NCBI RefSeq assembly: GCF_021028975.2
Contig: NC_059427.1
Span: 66,774,001 to 66,838,000 of the forward strand
Reading direction: 5' to 3'
Length of the DNA stretch: 64,000 nucleotides
Origin: Sphaerodactylus townsendi
Taxonomy: Eukaryota
The notes below the pieces were generated by a model. It was not told the DNA's origin. It was given only the letters and a program-made list of their open reading frames with translations, and did not search any database. The translations under genes were made by a program, and so were the position numbers. Positions within the stretch are counted from its first letter, which is position 1. Every line of letters begins with the position of its first letter. This document shows positions 53,151-64,000 of this stretch, piece by piece.

Positions 53151-56100
53151 ACTACCGTGGATTCCCCTAAAAATCCCTCCATGTAGTTTGAGATATCAGG
53201 TCTGTTCTCCAGGCAAGCCTTGAGCTCTGGTTAGCAAACACTGGGCACAGGTCTAAAGCCTTTTTACATTTCCATTTTCAGAGTGAGTGTAGCTTGAGAA
53301 AACAAGCAGAGGAGAATAAAGCACTTTGCAAACTGTAAGTGCTCAAGGAGGGAAGATTGCTCCTTTTTTATCTTGTGGGGATAAGAAAGATTGCTCGCCT
53401 TTCTTCTCCTTTTGTTGCTGAGTGCAAGGGGTTGTTTTTTTTAAAAAATTCTGAATTATCATGACAAGCCTATCCAATCCTGTCTCATGGCATTGTGAGA
53501 GTTCTCACGTCATGTCCAAGCTATCGTGGATGGCTTACCTGCTCTCACCCACCTGCTGCCAGGGTGTCTTTCATAGCTTGACAAATCCTGTCATGTGGGG
53601 TGGTGGGAAGAGATGAAACAAATCTGCTTGACTATTAAGGGAAACATCCTTGGATTTCCTCAGCTTTCAGCCAGCCGGGGACACAAAGCAGGGGGAAGCA
53701 CTGCCAGTTTCAATGTGACAGGCTGATTGAGGAATTCCCAGATAACCTTAAACATCTGCACATTATCCTTACATTCCCCCTCTTTTCCTGTTTCACTGCG
53801 GCAGACCCTGACCATCAAAAAATCAGATTTAAGATTAATGTCTCATAAATTGTTGCAATATCACTATTACACTTTCCCAATGGAGACGCTGCCCTGCAGT
53901 GTGCCTTCAAGCAAGCACTGGAGTTTAGTGTCCCTCTGCTGTCTGGGGCAATTTGAGATTCCTATCCTAGCTATTTCTCTCCACAAATTCATTTAGGAGG
54001 GGGAAAAGCCAAACACTTGCATTTTTAATGTACTAAGACATTATGCAAAATGAGCACTGGTTTGGTTCTCTCTTCTGAGAGAGATGTCAGCCTGCCTTGG
54101 GAGTTCTGGTTTTAAGCCCTCCTAGACTGGAAATCACTTGCAGTGTCACATGGCGATGACAGTTCAGAGCACCTGTTCAGATGAAAAGGTTGCACCCTTC
54201 CGCCCTAGTGAGCTCTGCAGAGAGTGATCTCCTTGCAGTGCCTTGCCTCTTTATCCCACCTGTGACTGGCGAGGACACAGACAAAGGCATTCTAAGGACT
54301 GTCTCAGACATTCTGCATTTCCTAAGCAGAAAGCACTTCTGTGCATGAAACAGCGTGAAATCAGTAGGTAGACAGTTGCATATGATAATCACACTTATGC
54401 TTATTTTTCTGTAGGTACGTACCATTGGGTAGTCATGTGCATGCATTAAGCACCATCTTAGGATGTGTGCTGGTCTGTACCCAAACACACAGTTTCTAAG
54501 ACATGTGGGTAAGTTTTCCTGAGAGAAGACAGAAATTTCTAATGACTCACCTCTCTCACTGCGGCCCACAGAGCATCCCAAAATGTTGTTGCTGGGGATC
54601 AGCAGACCCACAGCAACAGCACAAGAAGCAACCTGGCCGTCTGCAGGGGGAGGGGAAGTCCTGTGGAAATTTCTGTCTCTCTTAAGAAACCTTACATAGC
54701 AATAGGATCTTTGATATGTGTGGCTGGATCTGGACCATTTACTCACGAGAAAGCACCTTCAAGGCAGTAGAGGGATAATGCATGAAGCAGCACTCTGCCT
54801 TTGAGAAGCTCCCCTCCACTTTAATGCTTGAAATGTGCCCAGAAGAGAGAAGCGATGTGAGGTTTTCCTTTGAAGGGCTGGTATTATGATCAAGGGAAAA
54901 AATGATTCTAGAGGTGGTCATTAAAAAAACAACATCTTTCCTTAGCCAAAAATTGTAGTGGTTTATGTGATGCTATGTGAGTTGCATTCATTGCAATATG
55001 TGGCCCATTCTGAGGTAGTTGGGGTAATAGCCCAAATAAACAAACAAAATGTATCTAAAGGAATGTATATGTGTGTTTCTCATCATAGCACAGATTTTTT
55101 TCCAAAGGGGATTCATGCACACTGAGTGCATTTACAGCAAACTATTACTAGTTTTCATGATGCTGCATGCATGAGTTTGGGTACATATGCATAGTCACCT
55201 ACACAATAGGTCTGTTCATAGTAAGGCTGTTTCTGCATTCAGACTTCTGTGCCTTTGTGGTGAGGGGGCGAATGTATTCCTGTGGCTTCGCCTGAATCAG
55301 ATGCGTAGGCTAGTGCATTTCTTACTGCCGGTAAGATTGAACTGTTTTGTCTCCTCGCTGCTAATGAGATCAGTACAAGAAAATGATATAATAATTGTTT
55401 AATTCTATAATTAAATCTCTATTAAGAAGAAAGCACTTCTGTTTTTGGCGGTGGAGTGAATACAATAACGATCAGCCTCAATTTGCCTGACCCTCTGTCT
55501 CGAAGGAGAACAAAGAAGCCACCAGGCCTGCAGGGAGAAATGTAAAACAAGCTGAAAGGGAAGAGGCTCTTCAAGCAGGAACAACTTTGCTTGCTGCTCC
55601 CAGTCAATTTCACACCAAGGCATTGTGAAATACGGGGCTCGGCTGACACATTCAATGCATAAAGTATAACTCTTAACTTGTAAAGTGAAATCAAATGAAA
55701 TCCAGCCTCAACAGGCTTCTGCTTGAAGCAGATGTCGAAAAGCAAGTTGAATGGCAAAATCACAAGGCCAAGTCTGCCAAGTTGCCCCACCCCAAAAGGA
55801 CCCTTTCTTTTATTGTTGTTATTATTATTACAATATTTAAACTACACTTTTTCCTCTTAGCTCAAGGTGATTCTGTGGTTTCTTTGGCAGTTTGTTTCCT
55901 GATGATCAGGAAACAAGGGTTACTACACATCACCTTAGGAATCTTGTAATGAGTCCAACCATTGGTTCATCTAGTACTGATTCCCCTAACTGGCTGCAGC
56001 TCCCCAAGGTCTGAGTCCGAAGCTTCCCAGCTCTGATTTCCTGGGGTGCTTCAAAATGGAGATAACACAAACTGGGATTTTTTTTGCAAGAAAATCAATT

Positions 56101-59100
56101 TACTCTGTTATTGAGTTATGGGGCAAACGGTGGACATGTAACGCTGTATATTGTGCAGGTGTGTGTATACTGGCTGTGCAAAAAGTGTTTCCAATAGCTT
56201 TATGCAGCTACAATGTGTGGCAAAGGTGTGATGGGAACAGAATATGGTCAGGTGTCAGGAACGCTCATGTATACCTTCCTTGAGTTGGTTACCTCAAAGC
56301 AAATAGCGCAATCCAACATGCATGAAATATCTTAGTGGCTAGCTCTAAATGACATTTCTACAGGGAGGGAGTGATAAAAAACGGATGTATGCTCATATTC
56401 TTCTAATGGCATGCAACTTGTACTCTATCACCCACAAAAATCACTCTATGCAGCAATATATCTGTAAAACAGACTCAGTTAAAGCCAGAATTTAGATCTT
56501 TCATTTAATATACAGCATCACCTCAAGTAATGAAATGATAACTGGATGGGTGTAAGCACAAAATGACTGCCACAAGAGGCGGAGCCAACCACAAAATGTC
56601 AGTGAATGTGGTCTAATAGTATCTCTTCAACATTTCAGTCAGAAGCATTGCTTAACAGGGATGCCTTTTAAAATTAACATATTGCTTTAAAAAACTGTTT
56701 TGCAAATACACAACTTTATCTTCAGGATAAACTGAAGAACTTTGTGTTATGATATCAGTTACTCCAAGTCCTGACCTAAAGCAACGTCTTAAAAGTCTGC
56801 ATAGCCAATCAAACCAATAGAAGTCTTTTCTGGGCAAAAGCCCCACCAGGACCAGTTCTATTTCTGAAATCGCTTGGTGGTGTCAGGAAGTCTTCCCTGG
56901 TGCCATGGCACCCACAGGCACCATGTTTGTGTACCCTGTCTTAGGATCTTGCAATATGAAAGGCTTGTAAATAAGAAAAAAGTGAAATCACCCCCAACCT
57001 AAGCCTGTGGCCACTGTAGCCCACCAGGTTGTTATTTTTATTTGTATGTTATTTTATTGTTACAAAACAGCATGGATAGTATCGGTTTTTGTGACCATTT
57101 CTTATGTTGCACACTATCCAAGTGAGGTTTGCTCACAAACATATATTCCATGGAACCATAACTCATGCTGATTGATGGATGATTTTTTTGGTATTTCACC
57201 CATTTCTTAAACACCTGTTTGTCACATGTGTATTTTACATTTTTAGTAGCACGTGTTTTTTTTTAAAGTAATGTCAGAAGCTACCCTAGAGCTATGCACT
57301 TTCTGGGCAAAAAGGAAAAGCCAGGATGACAACACAAAGCAAAATATTGTAAGCTTTTTGCATGATGAGACAAGTTAGGCATTCAAGTCAGTTAATTAAT
57401 TCTTTGTTTAAAACATAATTATTTCAGAATAACAAAAGTGGGAAGGTTTTTTTCAAATTCTGATTTTCATGGTAGATTTTGTTGCTTATCATTTCTTTCC
57501 CTTTCATCGATCCCATGGGTTGCCCAGATTATGCTTTGATTCCTTTTTAAATTTTTAAACACCAATTTCTTCCAAATTAAATTATATCAGATTGAACACA
57601 CAACAAACACACTACTTCTTTACAAATGAGTGCAGGGGCTAGGGGAATCAACATCTTTTGCAACACACTAGATCTTTTTTTTAAGTGGCAATAAATTTTC
57701 CTTAGAGATTGGTTGTCCTTTTCCCAAACAAAAGAAATGTTTTGTTGTTCATTTAAAGCTGCCTTTGAAATAAAAATTTCCTCTCAAAACAACTGTACTA
57801 TTTTTTTTCTTTCTCCCTTTAGAATAAATGCAATAGATATTTTCTAATGCATGGGGGGGGGGGGGGTTCTAGTCCTCATTAGCATAAACAGAAAAGATGG
57901 ACAGATGGAGTGAAGGAGAAACGAAATTATGAGATTATACCCTGTCCTTTCAAATAACACTGCACAGAAATCTCAGCTGAATTTGACTTTCTCAGAGGTG
58001 ACTGGGTCTAGATGTCTGAAGGTAATTGACATAGAAAGTGAATTGCTAAAGCAGTTTAGAGCAGAATAACACCCAAATGTTTCTGGAGCTCATGCAGGTG
58101 ATAATATTCCTCTATTGTTTGCAGACAATGTAGGGAAATCTTCTGACACAAGTCCAGTTTGGACTGTTCTTGCATGGCTCCCATTCATTCAATGGGACCT
58201 ACACAGAAGAACTTCCTTGCAGATTGTTTACAATTTCTGTTCCAGAAGTTCTTACAAACCAATACTGTAAATGACTCATATTCATTTAAATTGTGGGTTT
58301 CACAAATTATTTTCTGAAAACTACTTTTTTATCATTTACAAGCCCATCTTAAGCAGTTATACCTTTCTACAGTCATAGATCTCAGTGGTGATGTTAGGTA
58401 TCTTTTAACTGATACAACTTACTGAGTAATAAAATATTCAAAGTGATTTTTCATTAAGTAAACAACATGTAATTCAGTAGGAAAATTTGACTGGCCCCAA
58501 CCAGACAGGCTCTCCGACAACATTGCAATACTTGTTTCTGAGGCTTTGGCACTGACTACATTGATTAATGAGGAAGAACTGATTGAGAACTGGACTCCTG
58601 TTAACAATGCAGACACCAAAGGGAGGATAGATATTTGCACTGTGTCCCTCAGTAGGCTCTTAGGAGCCCAAAACCCAAAAAAATTTCTTAGCCTGCTCAG
58701 CATCCAATCAGAAGTCCGGGAAGGGACTTCTAAGACTGTTCTAGATGGACATTGGTAGAGATCTTCTGCATATGTATGTATATATGTCACAGGAATGAAT
58801 AGTGCTGTTCTCCTTAGTGCTGTTCTCCTTAGCACTAGTAAGGCCTGAACTGGAATATGGCATTCAGGGCTTTCATATCACTTTCTGTGATCAAAGACAC
58901 AATGGTTGGTTCTGGAGGGTTTTCCGGGCTGTGTGGCCGGAAGATACAATGCTTTTCAAAAGAATGCATTTTTGCATTCATCAAATCTTGAGTGACAAAT
59001 TGATGTACATGCCTGTATGGAGACCTAGTGTAGACAGGGAGGGCACCTGTTTACTGGGGACACAGAAAGTAGAATACACATAAAGGTTTGAACAAAGGAA

Positions 59101-60937
59101 CATGGTTTTGCTGATCTTAGTGTATAACAAGATGTTGCTGATGGGAATGAAACAAAGTGTGCTTGATGGGAAATTTTCAAGCTAAAGTTTGATAAAAGCC
59201 AACAGTGCAGCAGATCATGAGTTACAAAGACAGGCTGCAAGGCAGTCAAAGCCAACCTGCCCATGATGTTGGAGATTTAGAATGGATCTGCTAATATGTA
59301 ATGTAACTACAAAAGTAGCTGCAGACAGGCCTGTAAGGGGCTGCAGTATTGCCAAATTTAATTCTTTCCTTCCTGCCATTTCCCTGGTGGAAAATGAGCC
59401 CTCCAGACTACTTAAAGCCCTGAAAGGGAAAAATGCATACTTGATATGATTGCCTGTCTTTTTCCCAGCAAGGCTAAATGCATCCAGGGGACATTTCAAG
59501 TAGGCAAACAGCCTGAAGGAGAAGAGTTATCCCCTCTTTTGCCAGTGCTGCAGCGGTGCAGCCCTGACCCCGATCATGCCCCTATGGCTGCTTTTTGCAC
59601 CTAAATTACACATTAGCCAACCCAGTGATGGATCTCCAGCATCACATGGAGTTTGACCCTCAGAAAGTTCAGCTTTGTAGGCATTTAAAAAGATACAGTT
59701 ATGATTTAATCTCTTTTTTTTGGATCATGAGAATAGCTGACGTCAGCCTCTCAATTTTATTGAATTTCTATGACTCCTATTATTTCCTTATAAAACACAT
59801 GAATGTACAAAGATGTAGAGAGGAGACAGGATGATAAAACCTCATATAGGGAGGAACTCTGACCTTTCTTCTCTCTAGCAAAGCTGCCTAATTACAGCTC
59901 CCTGGTGTGTCGCTCTGACTGTCACAATCTTATAGTGAAAAGCTATTGTTAACTTGCTGCTCGTGGCCTAGTTTGCCCTATTTTGCTGTATGCGTGCGGA
60001 TATACTAGTTTCTCTTGTCTTGCTGCAGTGTGCCACATGGGGTTTCCATATCAATATTTTCCAAAGAAAAAGGGACATTTTGAGGATGAGTGGTGTTTGT
60101 TCTTGGCAGACAAGAAACGAGAGAGCCCTTCAAAGTAAACAACGTCTAACAGCCCTGTATATTAAACAGCCTTTCTGCCCAGGTGTGTGGACCATGTGAG
60201 AAGACCACCCACCTCTTCCCATTTCTTTCTTAAACCAAAATGGAGCCAAGGATTGCATAAAACTGACCTTGACAGAGTAGCTGTGCCTCTGTTCTATGCT
60301 GAAGCATGTCTCCATCAGGCATGTGCATAACTGGAGCCAGCATGTTGACCTGGCTACTCAGTGTGAACAATGTCGGCTGGGATATCCCCAGTTCAAGGCT
60401 CTTCTTAGATGTGAACTCAGCTTCAGCCCTTCTCAAGACATATACTAATATGAATAATAATACTGGCCCACAACGCAGAAATGGAGATAATGAATTTCGA
60501 CTGTTCAGCACAATATAAATGCTATTCTAGTGATTTAAAGAAAAGACTGGATGGAAAAAAGGAAGTCTGACAAAATATTTACTAATTGTGATTTGACTTA
60601 GAGTTCAGAAATATGCTCCAAATGTGAATAAAATTATTTCTGACATTTGGAAGGGGACAGAAACCTTCCAAACAAACCTTTTTTCTGACACCTCATTGGC
60701 TTCATTTTCCTGAGAAGTAGATGGTGGGAGTGGCTAAGGGAGGCTAAAAAATTAGTAATTCAGCATCTGGAGAGATATGACTGACAGGGGTTGTGTCCCA
60801 CCAGAAGACTTCCCACCTAAGAGAACTGTCCTAATTGGTATTTTTGTCAAATTCCAGTTTTCTCCAATTATTTCATTGGTTTTGAGAGGGCTTCCAGGTT
60901 CAACATAATGTTAGTGCATGAAAAATGTTATGATATA

Positions 60938-61108
60938 GCCTGATCTTGTCAGATTTTGGAAACTCAGCTGGTTCAGTACTTAGATGGGAGACCACTAAGG
61001 AAGACTTTGCAGAGGCAGCTCAGGCAGACGGTCTCTACTTCTAACTTGCCTTGAAAACTCTATGGGGTAGCCATAAGTTGGCTGTGACTTGACTGCCCTT
61101 TACACACA
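60938..61108 (+). mobile_element. 5S rRNA-derived SINE with RTE/Sauria-like tail
   Basis: GCCTGATCTTGTCAGATTTTGGAA...AGTACTTAGATGGGAGACCA resembles the 5S internal promoter region. Tail gccataagt...gacttga...(CA)n. Confidence 0.65.
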
Positions 61109-64000
61109 TGTAAGCATGCTTCATTTGTGTCAGCTACTGCATTATCTGTAGCTGTTCATGCTAAGCAGACAAGCCAAAAGTCTCTGTTCATTTCTACTGG
61201 AAGCGAGGCAGGCAGGCAGAAAAGATGGCTATGGATTGCCTCACCACCCTCATGATAGGTGGCTAGTTTGCTTTTTTGGCTGGGCAGGGGAATGAAGCAG
61301 AAACCATGACTTTCTCCCACACATAGTAGGCAGTGTCACCCAGGCCTCACATTCTGCAAGAGATGCATGAAAATGTTTTGCTTGACCTATCTGGCAGGCA
61401 GGCAGGATTCCAATTACCAAGGAGGGATAGAGGCAGAGGCTCAGGCTACTGCCACCAGTGATAGGCAGTTTGCCCACTATGTTGGCAAATATGGGGCAGT
61501 GGCCAAGGCTAAAGCTCTGTCCTTAGATAGTAACACACAAACACACATGCCAGATCTCATGAGATGTGGCAGAACAGTCATGAAGAACAATCCAACATCC
61601 TTGTCAAAGAGCATCTGATTCAGGAAACAAGATCTCTCAACATCTGTACTTTAATGTAATAGGATCAAGCAACTGTACCTTTTCCCCAGTAACAATTCTT
61701 TCCTCCCCCCATCCCCCATTAGCCCATTGTGGCAAGGGGGAAAATCAAATAACACCTCCCATTCAGGGAGGAGAAACTGTGGCTGAGGCTATTGTTAGAT
61801 AAAAGAAGAACAAACAGGTCAGGGAACAAAACTCTGACCCATCTTCCATACACTTCCTATACACAGCTGTGCTTAGGGCAAATATTACTGAGACCTTCTT
61901 GCCTGATACTTAATGCAATCCAGGATTTGAGGTAATGCCTCAAAAAGGTGGGGAGATTCTTAAAAAAAACCCCACAGGCTTTGGTTTAAAGTTAATGATT
62001 TATTAAGGAAAAGGAAATTATCAAACTGAATATAAAGTCTGAAACAAACACACAGAGACAAAAACACAATAAAGAAATGCTCTTCAAATCCTAAATTCTA
62101 AATCCTGACCTAAATAAATAATATGTATTTTAAAAGAGTCCAAAGAGAAATTTTGGGGGGGGGGGGGCAGAGGGGAGATTGATACAGCAGAGGTCAGATG
62201 AAGAAGGAAGTGGAATGAGGAGCTAAGTGAGGGAGGTGGAGGATGCCTGCACTGGAACAGCAGGGCCCATGCAAACTCCTGTGCACATTCCCCACATGGG
62301 GTATTTGGAGCCAGTGATTGGAACCCAGTAATGTGACTGGCACCAATGGAATAGCTCAGATTCTTGGGGCTAATTATATGCCCCAAAAGTGTGAAGATAC
62401 AGTGGAAAATAAGGTGCTGCTCAAAACTGATTGGACTGGAGCAAAAGTTTCAAATTGCATTGGGAATCAGTAAGATAACAAGGAGAGGGAAACTGAGGAT
62501 ACTGATGACTGATTAAGTTTATGGCCCAAATGGGCCATAAGCTTTGATCACATTGTCACCATTTGTTTGGACTGAATTGCTGGAGAAATATAGTGAAGGA
62601 AATAAATATATCAAAATCAGAGACTGATGAGGAGTTCATGTGATGTGTCATTCCTACCTGATGGACAGATCTTGTTAGTGTCTGTGGAATGCTGAATGTA
62701 ATTAATTGAGACATTGTTAATACCTTTGATTTGGGGGTGGGGCAGTGAGCTCACTCCCATTTACCTTTTCAGAAGCATGGTGGTAATAGCATTACCGCCT
62801 CTCTTTGAAGGGGTGTAATTTGCTGTGCAGTGTTTCTTTTCTGCTGCATGATTAGAGAAATGCATTCCAATCTACTATTCCAAATGTTGGTAGAGGCCAA
62901 ATTGAGAAATAAAATAACAAGTACACATAACCCTTTTGGGAGATCAGAGAAGGAATCCCAGCTATGTACTTAATCACTGATCTGAGATCCTGTTCATGGA
63001 GCGTCAGGAGCAGGGCAGGCTAGGGCAGTCAGGGTTTAGCTCCCATTGCTTACATGCTCCATCTTTTGTTTATAAATGAGCACCTCAGCCCCTTACTGAT
63101 TAACCTTCTTAGCTCAGAGGCTTCTTCCACTGATCATTGCTATAGCAATATATTTTGTAAAAACTTCCTGCAACTTATATATTCAATGATTGCCAGGTCC
63201 CTGGTCATATGAGAACCATTCCCTTCATTAATTGACTCTCGCTGACCTAGTGCTTGTTCCGCTAATTTCCATAATCCGAAAATTAGTCTTTGCCATAATG
63301 GATCAGATTGCAGGAAAGAATCTTCTTGCTTTGGCCACTTACATTAGGCTAAAATGTAAGTCATTTTGGTAAGTTCCTGACCTCTAGATGCCCAAGGTGT
63401 CATTGAGAGTAACAGCTTTGGACATTTCTGTTAACAATGCTTATATGTTTGTGTCTAATTAGACTATGGGAAAAAAGCTGTGTCAAAATCATTCTAGACA
63501 AGTGGTCCTAACTGGAATATTTGTAAAATGAAGGGTGCATCTCTCTCCATTGGCTTTTAATGTGGCAACAACTTTCCATCTTATTAGAGCAATCACATTA
63601 AAAACTCTCTGTCCTTGGTTTTACTGAGATTTTTGTTTGTGTGTTTGTTTTGTCCATTCATTTTCTGCCCTTATACAAGTACCTATTGGGACAAAATATA
63701 CGATGAGACTTCAGAGTCCATCCTATTCATATAGTTCTTCTCTGTAGTCTTTGTTTCAGAGAAATAACTTGGCTCAAAATTCAAATTAAGCACTTGCAAC
63801 CAGTATCCCCTTCTATATAATTCAATAACACAACCTGTAAGGGTTTCAATCTATGATTTTAATAAAGGAGCTTCACCATAATGGTAGCTAGCATTGTCAA
63901 AAAGACCCACAATGAAGGAAAAGCTTGACTATGTCCAGTCAGCCTCACAAGGTTAAATATAAATCTAATAGTGTGCTAAAGTAAATAAACATTTAATTTT

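Noticed and set aside
60938-61000. Functional 5S rRNA gene
   Set aside because: It is partial, diverged and fused to a SINE tail.
61975-62700. Possible minus-strand LTR
   Set aside because: It has LTR-like texture, but I could not identify termini, a TSD or a second copy.

Overview
Eukaryotic DNA from a squamate reptile, probably a gecko (inferred from Sauria SINE, Squam3-like SINEs with (CTT)n tails, CR1/L2/RTE fragments, Penelope ends and hAT MITEs). The minus strand carries three coding exons of metabotropic glutamate receptor 2 (GRM2: 37913/37889-37419, 8547-7710, 6393-5327). I did not find the last coding exons or the first non-coding exon; they probably lie outside the window. Two things stand out. 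(1) An intact-looking two-exon IQCF-family (IQ-motif) gene is nested antisense inside the 29-kb GRM2 intron (28472-28555 + 31211-31570, about 147 aa), and the ORF track shows only part of it. (2) A 6.3-kb endogenous retrovirus (45676-51999) has two LTRs, a TSD, a tRNA-Phe-like PBS, betaretrovirus-type gag/dUTPase/pro, a largely missing pol, and an env combining a beta-like leader with an ASLV(alpha)-like SU/TM. It is CpG-rich but full of small indels, which suggests a young provirus read through unpolished long-read sequence. The window also contains many hAT and Harbinger MITEs with exact TSDs, a SPIN/URR1-type MITE, a Penelope-type minimal hammerhead ribozyme and a 5S-derived SINE. Family assignments come from recalled motifs, not database searches.
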